From Lama guanicoe (taxonomy: Eukaryota), in NCBI GenBank assembly GCA_013239625.1, contig MU053810.1:62001-126000 (forward strand): 64,000 nucleotides of DNA, written 5' to 3'. Of the stretch, positions 36,371 to 49,199 are shown in pieces (the stretch's first letter is position 1; every line of letters starts with the position of its first letter). A program made the translations under genes and the position numbers. The notes under the pieces were generated by a model. That model searched no databases. It was not told the origin of the DNA and worked only from the letters and a program-made list of their open reading frames with translations.

Positions 36371-39077
36371 TTCACAAAACCCACAAAGCCCACTTCTTAG
36401 TCATCCTCATCTTCTAGTGGGTTCCGTATTGCTAAGTTAAGAAAAAGAGAAATTTGCATAATTTGTAAGCCTCCTTCTACCAAATCCTGTTTGCTTCAAT
36501 AAAATTCAAAAGAAAAAAAAAAAACCAGCAGGACAGAAAGAGCAAAAACTCCCAGGTCCATAGCTTAGTTCTGAGTCAGTCCTGATTTCTCTAAAACTCC
36601 GGCCACACACAACTCTCTCCTGGGGTCACTTCTCTATAAATGAAAAGAGGTTTCACCCCAGATGCAAATTTTTGCCTCAGATCCACCAGAGCTTCACTAG
36701 CCTCAAATTCCACTGGATCATCTTTGTGTATCCCTCTAATTGCAAAATTTAGACTGAGAATCATGGCTCTTTTCCGCCACAAAGCTTATCCGATGCTTTG
36801 TTCCTCTGGGTAAACAGATTTCCAGCCGGGCCTGCCAGCAGCACAGAGCGCTGGCCAAGTTCAGCAGACACCAAGGGCTTCAGGGGCTTTTTCATGTTCT
36901 CAGCTTCAACATGGCCATGAAATGTCTCTGCTCCCCAAAGCCCACCAGGCATTCAGCCATCCCCGCTGTGTGCCTGGCTTGCTAACCCAGCCATCCTCCC
37001 TGTGATAACAGGGCCCACCTTACACCTGGCCGCCCTGTGTGGGACCAGGGCACTGCGTACACACCTTCTGGATGGCCTAACAATTCATTCCAGCCCTACT
37101 TCCTTGCTCACATGGGGAAAGTCTTGATTCCCCAGTTCAGTTACTGGAACCAGGGCAATTTGCAAGGGAAAGGATCAGAGTCATGGAATGTTGATGGAGA
37201 TTCCTCCTGCCCCAGAATTTCAGTTAAAGGCCGAATATGGGAGACAAAAAACAAAAAGCTGGGCTGGGTACCCTTCACACTAAAGAGAGCTGTGCATAGT
37301 TAGGCATCACGAATTGGGACCAGTCACGCGTCTGCTGAGTTAACTAGGAAACATCCTTCCCGGGAAGATGAACCCAACTGGAAGACAGAAATTCTGGTCT
37401 TCCTTTCTTGCTGGCACCCAAGTCTTTGCTCCCTGGCCTCTTCTAAGGGAAAGCACCCCTCTTCACCCCAACAGACGCTCCATGCCCATGAGCGCGCCAC
37501 TTCCCAAGTTAACCGCAACTTCCATTTCTTCCCCCTTCATGTCACTTGATGCCCATGAGATAGAGAGGATGGGGTTGGAGGAGTATTTTGTATTAAAGCG
37601 TCAAGCATTGGAGGCTTTCTTTCCTTCTTTCTTTTTTTCTTGACTCAATCTCAGCTTAACTCCTGAGAGATCAAGAAAGTCCCACTCTGCATCCTGTCAC
37701 ACACAGGGACCTCAGGCCAACGATGTGCTAAGTTATGGAGGAGAGAGGATGCCTCCTCATCTCCTCTCTCTGGTGTCCTATGATCTCCCACGGAGCATCA
37801 CCTGTGTTTGGATGCCCAGGTCTTGCCTGCCTCAGTGAGTGAGCTAGTGCCCCTTCTTTGACTCACATCCCTCTTAAAATGCCCTGTGCCCCTGGTATTT
37901 GCATATTAAGAGGCCCCTGGGGCCCCTAGATTAGGCATTCAGAGATTTTTACTCCCTGATAAGCAGGGTCAATGCAGCTCCTCAGCCTGGAAGCAGTTTC
38001 AGAAGACAGACCTTCGTCCCTCTGCATCCCTGTAAGATTATGGGAGTAGAATTTCTGAGGGGGGAATGAGAGGATGGAAGGGGGCTGGGCACAGCCGTTC
38101 AAGGAATGCCACGGCAATTAGCATAAAAATGGTGAAAGATTCAACCCCCAGTAGGCCTTGAGGCTCAGGATGGTGAGAGATGTAACTTCTGTAGATCTTG
38201 AGCTTCATTATACACCCATTGTAATATATTAACATGGTGAATAACACGCCCGCAGGCTCCATGACAGTCCCAAGGCTAGCCACAAAAGGTCAAAGGGTGG
38301 GAAATGGCCAACTTCCTGGGAGTCCCAGCCCCTTCCCCTTAGACTGGTCCTTCCGCTTCGCATATGAAGCCACCAAGCCCATAAAAACCAGCAACACAGC
38401 GTCTCGTGGCCGCCCCTCTCTCTTCCTCTTAGGAGATGGCCCACATTCTGTCTGTAGAGTATGGACCTACTTTTAATCTGAGCACCCAACCCCCACACCT
38501 CATGGCCTGTCTCTTGCCTTTCAATGTATCTCTCTGAGTAAATTTACCTTCACTCAAAAAAAAAAAAAAAGCAGCTACTAAGTTTAACAAAAAGAGTAGC
38601 TCTGAAGGTAGGAATTTTAGACATAGTAACATGTTAAGGGCAAGTATTTGTAGACAAGTTGGACTTTCAGTGTCTTCCCAGTGGGGACCAAGTAGGCAGT
38701 AACCACAGATCAGGACAAACCCATTCGTAATTTACAGAGAACATCAGTCAACTCAGAATGAAAAGAAAGCCTCTCCTTTTCCATCTCCTTGCACCCTGAG
38801 GCTCCTGACTCTGACGTCTCATTGCAGAAAGTTGCTTGCCAAGCAAGGCTCTCTCCTCCCTCTGGGGGCCTTTCTCAGTGATGACTGTCATATAGCTCAC
38901 AAGGCACCAAGAGGGTATGGAGAAAAGAAATCCTAGGATTAGATCCCTGGAATACAAACATATTTGAATTGGATGGAAAGTTTCTCTGGCCTCCTTTGAA
39001 GTCACTGTCGCTGCTTATTACAGGATTTGGGGTGATGACACAGAGTGAAAACAGGCCATGCGATGAGCATGGTGAAC

Positions 39078-39205
39078 AAGTAGAGCAACCATTTATTGTC
39101 CAAACTGGGACACTTCTGAGGGTGAAAAGGGACATTCTGGCATAATTATGTTGGGACATTATGAACTGGGACTGTCCCAGGCAAACTATGACATAGGTCA
39201 CCCTA
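39078..39205. mobile_element. MER81/MER94-like hAT-Blackjack MITE
   Basis: 'ttgtccaaactgggacac...actgggactgtcccaggcaaact...ggtcacccta'. Confidence 0.7.
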
Positions 39206-41784
39206 ATTCCTGCATGTCGCACCCATAATGCAGTGAGAACCTGTATGACACCTGGGTTGTCACCTTCCCTACACCGCTTCAGCAATGCCAGAGTCCATTT
39301 GAGCATCTAGAAGAGGGCTGGCAACTGGGAACAGCATGCAAAGTTCGAAATCGCCCACTTGGATGTTGTAGTGTTGTCAGTGTCCTAAAAACTCTCTAGA
39401 TGTTTCCACTCGCTTTCTGTATTTTTCTCTCGTCACAGACCACACTTTGAGTAGCACTGAAGGCTACTCACGTAGCAGAGTTGAGGGTCCTTATTATGCC
39501 AAGGAGAGCCAAAGCCCCTTCCAGTGCCCCCAGCATTGCGCCTGGGAGAAGAGGCACAAGGGGTGAGCTGAGCCTGAGGCTCTCGGGGGGGAAGCCTCGG
39601 TGATGGGGCAGGTACGTTGCCTTCAGAACTGTGGAAGGAGAAATGAGGCCGAAGCCACAGAAGCCCACCATTGAGACAACTTTCAGTGGTCACACCAGTC
39701 AGATGAGACAGGGAGTTGGCGTGCAAGGAACACAGGGAAAGAGCCAAAAATGTAAAGGAGACAAAAGCTATGACTTGGGGACACCGGTGTCTGGTGGGGG
39801 CGGGTCTGTGGACGTTCTCCTCTTCTCAACATGCCAGCGGTCCCCAGAGCCGACTGCCCGCGCTTATGACTCGTCACTTCATGGAACAATTCCCTTAAAG
39901 ATCTGTGTCTCCCACGCTATAATTTTATAATGTGGTTTTATTCTATTTAGGACTAGACCTAGAATTTGAACAGCTCTAAGTCATCTAGAGACATTTTTCA
40001 ACGAAAGTAAAATTACATATGCCCCCCACCCCATGAAAATTCCAAAATTGGAAAATTCTGTGAAAAATCTGAATCAACACTCCTTTTTCTAAGCTGTCCC
40101 AAAGGAAGATGATGCTCCTGGAGTCACTCTCAACTTCGGCTTCACTTTGGATGCCCAGGGAGGCTCAGCGGCACTCTTGTGGGTGGTTCCAGCTCCCTGT
40201 GGGTCATGTCACCCACGCTGTCACCCCAGAGCTTGCTCCTTTGTCACACAGGGTAGGATGTGGGCAGGACCAGGTCCTCTGCTCCCTTTCCCTCCCTGCA
40301 AATCCTGTCCCGCCCTTCGGGGTCTTTCTGCGCAGCAACGCCCAGCCTTGTGCCATGTGAAGGAACCCACCTTGGTGGGTGGGAGGGACGGGTCCTGAGG
40401 ATGCTTGTGACTGAGGGGTCTCACGATGGAGGGACAGTCCCAGCCCTTCTGAGAGGGAACCAGGCATGGGCGGCCCAGACTTGGACACAGGGACAGAGGC
40501 AGACTGGGTCTAGGATCAGGTCAGGTGCACAGAAGGGTGTAAGGGACAGAGAATGAGCAATAGAGCAGGAAGAAAATGGTTTCCAGGAGCCCATCCAAGA
40601 GGACATGGGGCGTATAGGGTTTGCCTGAAGGGCACAGTGATGCGGAGCCCTGCACTGTCCCTGTGCGACTGTCATCAGCGTGTCCTCTTCCTGACAGGGA
40701 TTCAGCGGCCAGGTTGCAGCTACCAGCTCAGTCCAGATTCTGGGGGACTTTAAAATAGCCATTTTCTGCTCTTCTATCTGTTTATTTTACAAGATGAGGG
40801 GTGCCCAAGGCAACAAGAAGGCATCCAGGGGCGTGATTCAGAAGTGGGAACCACTCCAGGGTGTCCCCACATCCCTCAGTAAACCAGCCCCCAAGTCTCC
40901 ACCTGTCCTCTCATCCCTTCTTTTGACAACAGCATCCGGGCATCACCTCTGGCCCTGGGGACAGGAGAGGCTGCTCAGAAGAGAGAGCAGAGGGGAAGCT
41001 GCGACAGATGTGGCAACTGAAGTAGGAACCAGATTCCCTGGTGTGCTTTTGATTTCCAGGTGGTTTCTAGCTCAGACCCTCAATGGTCTTTTAGGATGCA
41101 CAAACATCTGTAGAAGGCTCCTAGGTGGGGTGACATAGGTCTGAGTGTCCAGAGCTGAGACGTTGTCACTGGCGGGTCCCAGTGACCCATGTCATCCTCT
41201 CTACCCGCTTGTGCAGCCTGGTTTGCAAATGGGGGATGTGCGCTCTACAACCTACACTAATGGTTCTCAGCCTCGGTGGCACCTGGAAGCTCCCTGGGTG
41301 ACTGTAACACTGAGAATCCATGTTCAATACCTTCTCTTGCAGGTGGGACGACCCCATTCTCTGGTCTCTCATCCTTTCCCCCAAGCAGCTTCATTTTCTT
41401 AGGCCAAACCCCCCAGTATCAGAAAAATTAAAACTAGAGTCTGGATGGTTCACTATGTGACCAAAGAATGAAGGTCACAGAACATGATGGGTATCACCTG
41501 CCTCAAGAGGGTCCCCAGGTTTTCCATGGTTCCTACTCTGAAGAGCTTTGGGGGCTCTGAAAGAACTGTCCTGAGCTACTTCTGAGGCCTCCTATCCCCA
41601 AAGGGCTAGCAGAACCTGAGAAGGAGGTAAGAGCAGACACAAAAAGGGAAGAAGAAAACTTACAGGGGAAAGTGAGACCAGAGATGGAGGTAGGAGGAAG
41701 TTACTTTTCTGGTGATCTCTGACTGTTGTCACCAGGCAGCTTGGCTGAGGACCTGTGGAAAGACTGGTCCTTGACTTCTAACAG

Positions 41785-41935
41785 AGCTTTCCTCTTCTTC
41801 CTTTCGTTACTAGAAGCCCTCAAGTTTTAGATCCCTTGCTAAAGACTACAATTCCCAGCATCCCTTGCAACCAGGTGTGACATGTCCAAGTTCTGTCCAG
41901 TAGGATGTGTGGAAGTGATGTGTGCAGTTCTAATC
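41785..41935. mobile_element. Old ERVL-type LTR fragment (LTR33-like)
   Basis: 'aagactacaattcccagcatcccttgcaaccaggtgtgacatgtccaagttctgtccag'. Confidence 0.5.
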
Positions 41936-42024
41936 AGACATTTACATGGGAGCAGATACTAACTGACATATAGAGAATAAACACGTACATGCTGTAGAGC
42001 ACAGGGAAATATATTCGATATCTT

Positions 42025-43342
42025 TTCTTTTTTGAGGGGGGAGGTAATTAGGTTGGTTGGTTTGTTTATTTTTTTACATTTTTTATTGAGTTATAGTCAT
42101 TTTACAATGTGTCAAATTCCAGTGTAGAGCACAATTTTTCAGTTATACATGAACATACACATATTCATTGTCACTTTTTTTTCGCTGTGAGCTACCACAA
42201 GATCTTGTATATATTTCCCTGTGCTATACAGTATCATCTTGTTTATCTATTCTACATTTTGAAATCCCAGTCTGTCCCTTCCCACCCCCCTGCCCCCTTG
42301 GCAACCACAAGTTTGTATTCTATGTCTATGAGTCTATTTCTGTTTTGTATTTATTTATTTTTTTAAGATTCCACATACGTGCAATCTTATATGGTATTTT
42401 TCTTTCTCTTTCTGGCTTACTTCACTTAGAATGACATTCTCCAGGAACATTCATGTTGCTGCAAATGGCATTATGTTATTCAGTTTTATGGCTAAATAGT
42501 ATTCCATTGTATAAATATACCACTTCTTCTTTATCCAGTCATCTGTTGATGGACATTTAGGCCGTTTCCATGTCTTGGCTATTGTAAATAGTGCTGCTAT
42601 GAACATTGGGGTGCAGGTGTCACTTTGAAGTAGGGTTCCTTCTGGATACAAGCCCAGGAGTGGGATTCCTGGGTCATATGGTAAGTCTATTCCTAGTCTT
42701 TTGAGGAATCTCCATACTGTTTTCCACAGTGGCTGCACCAAACTGCATCCCCACCAGCAGTGTAGGAGGGTTCCCTTTTCTCCACAGGCTCTCCAGGATT
42801 TGCCATTTGTGGACTTTTGAATGGTGGCCATTCTGGCTGGTGTGAGGTGATATACCTCATTGAAGTTTTGATCTGCATTTCTCTGATAATTAGTGATATT
42901 GAGCATTTTTTCATGTGCCTATTGATCATTTGTATGTTTTCCTTGGAGAATTGCTTGCTTAGGTCTTCTGCCCATGTTTGGATTGGGTTGTTTGTTTTTT
43001 TCTTATTAAGTCATATGAGCTGCTTATATACCCTGAAGATCAAGCCTTTGTCAGTTTCATTTGCAAAAATGTTCTCCCATTCCATAGGTTGTCTTTTTGT
43101 TTTACTTATGGTTTCCTTTGCTGTGCAGAAGCTTGTAAGTTTAATTAGGTCCCATTTGTTTATTCTTGTTTTTATTTCTCTTGCTTGGGCAGACTGCCCT
43201 AGGAGAACATTTTTGAGATGTATGTCAGATAATGTTTTGCCTATATTTTCTTCTAGGAGGTTTATTGTATCTTGTCTTACATTTAAGTCTTTGATCCATT
43301 TTGTGTATAGTGTAAAGGAGTGTTCTAACTTCATTGATTTAC
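42025..43342 (-). mobile_element. Relatively young 5'-truncated lineage-specific L1 (ORF2 C-terminus + 3'UTR) plus SINE-type tail, inserted into an older L1 3'UTR
   Basis: ORF remnants [21 protein letters not shown]...[15 protein letters not shown] and LLHCWWGC...CPSTDDWIKKKWYIYTMEYY. The host L1 halves are at 41955-42024 and 43343-43475. TSD at 42009-42024 / 43343-43358. Confidence 0.92.
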
Positions 43343-43492
43343 ATATATTCGGTATTTTGTAGTAACTTATGGTGAAAAAGAATATGAAAATGAATATATG
43401 TATGTTCATGTATGACTGAAGCATTGTGCTACACACCAGAAGTTGACACATTATAAATTGACTATACTTCAATTTACAAATACATATATTTG

Positions 43493-43758
43493 AAATGAGC
43501 CCAGGATATTTACAAATATTTGAGAGGAGTACAGGACCCCATATTCATTGTCACATTTTTTTCGCTGTGAGCTACCTTAAGAACTTGTATGTATTTCCCC
43601 GTGCTATACAGTATCATCTTGTTTATCTGTTCTACATTTTGAAATCCCAGACTGTCCCTTCCCACCCCCTGCCCCCTTGGCAACCACAAGCTTGTAAAAA
43701 TGAGAAAAATGAACCCAGGATATTTACAAATATTTGAGAGGAGTACAGGACCCCATAT
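43493..43758. repeat. 52-bp direct repeat flanking a ~155-bp copy of L1 3'UTR sequence
   Basis: aaatgaRcccaggatatttacaaatatttgagaggagtacaggaccccatat at 43493-43544 and 43707-43758. The insert matches 42161-42316. Confidence 0.9.
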
Positions 43759-43899
43759 ATAACCCACTCAGAATTTCCCTTCTCTCCTTCCTGCCTCTTC
43801 AAATCTCAGAGAAATGTAAAGAATCTCTACACTCCATCTTTAAATGACAGCTCAGGATGAAGGGAAATAAAGTCATTCCAGAGAAGTTTAAAAGTTAAA

Positions 43900-45180
43900 A
43901 GCAAAATTCATGAGCAGATCACAGTAAACAGAAAGTCAATATTAATGCACCCATATTAACTATAAACAAGGTTTGATGTTAGTGGCATAGCAACTAGGCT
44001 AGTAAACTTCAAGGAGAAATGAAAAAGAAATAGAAGGAAGTTTACAGCCTTAGATGCTTCTATGAGAACATCCAGCATATGTAAAGAAATCCAAAAATCA
44101 ATAACAAAAAGATGGTGAGAGAACTGGCAAAGGACTTAAATACTTTCCATATAAAAAAATTAAAATGGGCCAAAAAGGAAAGGTGCTCAACCTCGCTAAT
44201 CATCAGGAAAATGCAAGTTAAAACCACAATGATATCTAAGTAGACAATCAGTATTCTGGCAAAAATATTAAAAGTCCGGCAATTCCAAGGGACGGCAATG
44301 ATACCAAGTAATAGGAATTCTCCAGCAAAGCTGCTAGGGTTCTATGTAAACTGATACAAACATTTCAGAGAATTGTTTGATGTTATTAACTAGAATTAAA
44401 CCTGTGCGTATCCTGTGACCTAACAGTGTCCCTCCTGAGGTGGATATCCTATCCTTCAAAAAAGTGACTACGTACGTACCAGTATACACATAAGAGAATA
44501 TTCCTCAGCAAAAACTGGAAACAAATCAAATGCCCATTTACTGTAGAATGAATAAATGCATCACAGCACATTCAGGGGCATGCTGGGAGATGTTTAACAA
44601 CAGAAGAGGAAAGCACTGGTTTGTAGCATTTGCCAGTTTCTGTGATGTAAATATTCCCCCCATGGCCAATTTCAGGCTCCCACTACGATATCGACCAGCT
44701 TGCAAAATTCCTGTACGTTCAACAGTCAGCTCTTGTGAGCCTGTACGAGACACTTCCAGCACGTCATCAGGTAGACTGGAACACTAGACAGCACTAAAAA
44801 TGAATGACCTCAAGCTACAGGCACCACCAATATTGTGGATAAACCTCACAAATATAACATGGAGCAAAATAAACAAATGACAAAAGAATACACAGAGTAT
44901 GATTCCATTGATATAAAGTTCAAAATAGTCCAAATTAAATCAGAATGTTTAGGGATGTACACTTAGTTGGTAAAAGTATAAAGAACAGCATGAAAGAGGT
45001 CACCGTACAAGTGAGGATATGGTTAATTCTAACGGGGAAGAAGAGATTATAAATGGGACAGGGCACGTGGTGGACTTCTGCGGTGCTGGCAGAGGTCTGT
45101 GCCCTGACCTTGGCGGAGTTACATGGGTATTCTCTCTAAAGGTGTTTGTTAAGTTACACGCCCAGGCTGCATGCATCTTG
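43900..45180 (+). mobile_element. Old L1 (L1MC/ME) ORF2 end and 3'UTR, interrupted by a DNA transposon
   Basis: 'aaggtgctcaacctcgctaatcatcaggaaaatgcaagttaaaaccacaatg' and 'aagaatacacagagtatgattccattgatataaagttcaaaa'. Confidence 0.8.
44572..44770. mobile_element. MER63-like hAT-Blackjack DNA transposon
   Basis: Imperfect terminal inverted repeats 'caggggcatgctgg' ... 'ccagcacgtcatc' and internal 'cagctcttgtgagcctgtacgag'. Confidence 0.7.
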
Positions 45181-46524
45181 ATGTGTGTAGGTTAACATCA
45201 GGCCCTGCTGGTCCTGGCTGCTCACACCAACTTGTGCTATTTCTTCCCAACATCACATTCAGTGACACGTGTTAGTAGCTGGACAGCTCTCCTTATTAAT
45301 TATCAATCCTAACTTGTAGAACAGTGAGAAAAGTTATTCTTTACATATTTGTATGAGTCTACATTCTCATAATTTTACAACCCCAATATAGGGTTAATAT
45401 GATAGCACTTATTTTATTTTGGCTTTCCTGATGGTTCATGACTTAAAATCCTATTTCACTGTTTTCTACAGCTCAAATTTAACTGGGCATTCTGTATCTT
45501 ATCTGATACGTGTGTCAAAAGTGTTTTCAAATCTTTCATTCAAAAGGGAAGAGACTGGTCACCTGGTGGATTTGCCCTTAAAGGACATGGAGGGAAGAGA
45601 AGGAAGGTTTCCACAGAAGCATTCAAATTCAATCTTCCTTCTCCAGATCATCCCTGCTTTGTATAAGCCAGGTGAAGGCAGTAAGGAGTTCCCAGCATCA
45701 GGCTATTTAATCCTCATCAGACTGAGAAGTGCTTCCAGCTGGGCCGGTGAGGTTCCCTTTCCCTAGTGCACGAATCACGTGAGGTAGCTTTAAACATCCC
45801 CGCTGTAGAGGTCATAGCCCAGACCAATTATATCAGAACCGGGCAGACTCACACGGGGGATTTCAATGTGCAGCCAAGTCTGAGAACCACTGAGCTAGGG
45901 CCTTAAGAAATTTAGCCAAATTGCAGGAGTTCAAATAAGTGAGAAAGATCATTCCAAAGTGTCCCCCTGGCCCCAGCCCCCCAGGGGCCAGAAGTGAGCA
46001 AGTCACCCCCGGTGGGACTTAGCCAATGGGATAGCCTAGAGGCTTGGACATCGGAGTGGTGGGGAGGCCCTGCCACAGGGCCTTCATTCCAGGCCTGCCC
46101 ACGCCTGGCCGAGCGGTCAACAGGTGTTTGGGCCACAGAGAAGCAGAAAGGGAGACCCAGCCTTATTCACAGTAGAAGAAATGAAGCATCAGACATAGAA
46201 TGTGAGTTTCGTGCCTGCGCACATAACCCAGAACATCCTCTCCCTCCTGTTCTCACCCTGTGCAGACAACCTCCCACCCCGCGACTGTCTCCATCTGCCA
46301 GAGTGTGTCCCTGCCGCTCCAGCTCCTAATCCAGGGCTTTCTAATCCTGTACCTCATTCTCCGAGAAGCAGACCTACCTCAGAGCCTCAAAATCACCAAC
46401 AAGATCCCCGGGGAGGGGCTCCTCACCCACCCTGGCCCCGCTTCTGCCATTCTTCGGCTGCTAACAGATTTCTGCCCATCACACCCTCCATCTTTGGGGG
46501 GGGGGAAGCATGTCTGTTCTTTTT

Positions 46525-46845
46525 AAGACTTTTTTAAGAACAATTTTTAGCTTCACAGCAAAACTGAGGGGAATGGACAGATTTCCCATACCCTCCCTGC
46601 ACCCAGACATGCACGGCCTCTCCCACCCCCAACAATGGAACGTTTGTTACAACTGACGGTCCTACACTGACATATCATCATTCAGAGTCTACTGTTTACA
46701 GGAGGGTTCCCTCCTGGTGTTTGGAGAAATATGTAATGACATGTATCCATCACTAGAGTATCATATAGAGTATTTCCATGGCCCTAAAAATCCTCTGAGC
46801 TCCACCTGTTCACCCTTCCCTCCTGGCTGAGCCCTGGCAACCAGT
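46525..46845 (-). mobile_element. L1MC-type 3' end
   Basis: 'tttagcttcacagcaaaactgagggg...atgacatgtatccatcactagagtatcatatagagtatttcc...ccctaaaaatcctctg'. Confidence 0.8.
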
Positions 46846-48372
46846 GCCTGACCATGTCTACTCTGGACTAGGTCCTCAAAGCTCCTGGCGTTCTCCCAGG
46901 CATCATGAATGCAACAGATTCACACAGTTGGCCAACTGCAAGGAGACATCTAGAGCTGTCTGATTAAGTTGACTTGGCACACTGCCCCTTCCAGCTGCTA
47001 TGAACACTGCTAGAGGGCCAGGCTTGATGGGATGACCCTACGATGACATGGAGATGACACCAGGAGAGGTCTAGGGCAGGCTCGTGGACTCGTATCCCTA
47101 GTGGCTCCAGGTGGGTTCTGGCCATTTCCTAGAAGCCATTGCTGCCTTGACATGCCAGGCTGGGATGCTCAGTTCTGAACCAATACCTGAACTCAAGTTT
47201 AAGTCCCCTCCGCCTGGACACAGAGGAAACATAAGCAAGGGGGACAGGGCAGTAGAAGAGGACCATGTGTATTCACTCAGGGTGCGTAATTGGCAGACAA
47301 GCTGACCCAAGAGTTCTATTTAGCAACCCAGGAATTTGGCAACTGATGAACTCATCCAATAAATAGTTCTTTAGTGGCCAGTGTCCTGGGGATAAGAAGG
47401 TGAGAAAACAGTCCTGACCTTTCATTCCGACCCACCCGCCACTGTCACCATTTGTAACAAAAGCGCTAGGGGTAGGTGAGCGGAGGTGAGAGGCCCCGAC
47501 AGCCCATCCTAATGGGGACATCAGCTTAGCAGCCTCCTGAAATGACTCGCTGGCAAGTCTGCTCAAGGTGCGAAACTGTAGATAGATGCCTTTAAGGGCA
47601 TCACAAGCTAATTCACTGTCACTTTAGGAAACTTTCCAAAAAGCCGTCTCATTTCCTCAGGGAAAAACAGAATCACACACATTTAACCCGGGGTGGGGGG
47701 CACCCTGCTTTCTTCAACCAAATCTAATAGGAGACCCTGCCAGAGAGCCATGAATCTTTAACCTGCTCTCTTTCAAAAGACAGTAGCAGTTTCTAGTCAT
47801 TCACAGTAGGTGTCACCTTGTGTCACAGTAGGGCCAGGGTGTCACCTTGGAATCACAGAGGGTAGCTTCCTTCAGAAAAAGATAGGACGGGGAAGAGCCA
47901 CAGTGGTCCCGACAGAAAGAAATGGCCGCCCTTTGGGCTCCTGGGTCTCACCTTTGCCGTGTGGATGCTGGAACCAGTCCCGCCCAGCCCTCCAGAGCTG
48001 GCTTACTCCTGCTCCTGCCGGAGTTCCTGCTGGAGCTGGAACACTGGTGGCTCAGGTCACAGGGGACTTTCTACGAAGAGGTACTCATGCTGACAGCCCG
48101 AGCAGAGAGGCAGCGCCACTTCCTCTGCCTTCAAGCTCTCCTCTTGGCTCAGCTGCTTCCTCTTCCCTGAAGAGCGGCTTGTCTCCCTGCTGGAGCGTCC
48201 TCCCGCAGCAGGGGGTGCTGTGGTGCCCACCTGCCCGGCTCCTCCTTGGCTTGACTGTTAACATCCGCTCCTTGGAGAGAACTGGATTTAAAGAAGTTGA
48301 ACACAAAGGTGTCATCTGATTTGGCTGGAAGTAATACTGAGGAGCGGTTGGTTGGGCAGTGGACCTCCTCCT

Positions 48373-48450
48373 TAGTTACTACCTCTGTTAGTTACTAACT
48401 TTGCTAGTTACTACCTCTGTTAGTTACTACCCCTGTAGGTTACTACCTGT
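48373..48450. repeat. 16-bp minisatellite (tagttactacctctgt) x ~5
   Basis: Units start at 48373, 48389, 48405, 48421 and 48437. Confidence 0.9.
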
Positions 48451-48604
48451 AGCTTCTGTGTTCACTGTATAGCTCACCAGTGCCGGCCTCAGTTGGAGTC
48501 CACACGTGTTGGCTGCTGCCAGCAAATGGAGACAGGCTCAGGAAAGACTGGACTCCCCTGCTGAAGACACGCTGATGCTACGGTCTCCTTTCTCATTGTA
48601 TGAT

Positions 48605-48745
48605 CTTGGACCAGTAGCACCTGCGTCTCTTGGGAACTTGTTAGAAATGCAAAATCTCAGACCCCAACCCCAAGCCTGCTGAATCGTAACCTGCAGTTTA
48701 ATGAGATGCCCAGGTGTTTCATGTGACCATTTAAGAGAACCACTG
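48605..48745. mobile_element. MER5A-like DNA transposon
   Basis: 'tgggaacttgttagaaatgcaaaatctcagacccc...tttaagagaaccactg'. Confidence 0.8.
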
Positions 48746-49199
48746 CACGAGGGGAAGGCCCAGTATCTCAATTACATGCAGGTGGTTCTCTTTCTGTGCA
48801 AGCTTTTTACCTCCGCCTCCTTTACAACCTCTCCTCATTGTGCTTTTTTGCTTCATGAGGTCACAAGGGTCACTGACTGGAGCCAGAGAAGGACTTACAA
48901 TTTCACAATGCCCCCTTTACCATAAGGCCCTTTGGTTAGTATAAGGTTTGTCACAATGTAATAGGCTTAGGTCTTCAAGGCAATCACTAAGAGGTCTGCA
49001 TATTTATTCCCAAATACTTTCCCCAGCCACTAGGGGGAATGTTTTCATGGGGGCTTGGTCATGGCTGCGGTCAAGGACTGCAGAGTGGTTGCAAGTTTGC
49101 CTAATTCCTTGTCTGTAGACTGATGAAATATGTCTCCTACGTGTCCTTACTATTGCTTAATAGACATAAAAACCACTTTGAGTAATAAAATACAAACCC

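Noticed and set aside
42451..43472. Active L1 ORF2
   Set aside because: 5'-truncated and frameshifted; only C-terminal remnants remain.
48373..48450. let-7 sponge (CTACCTC repeats in the minisatellite)
   Set aside because: Only two exact seed matches and no evidence of a plus-strand transcript here.
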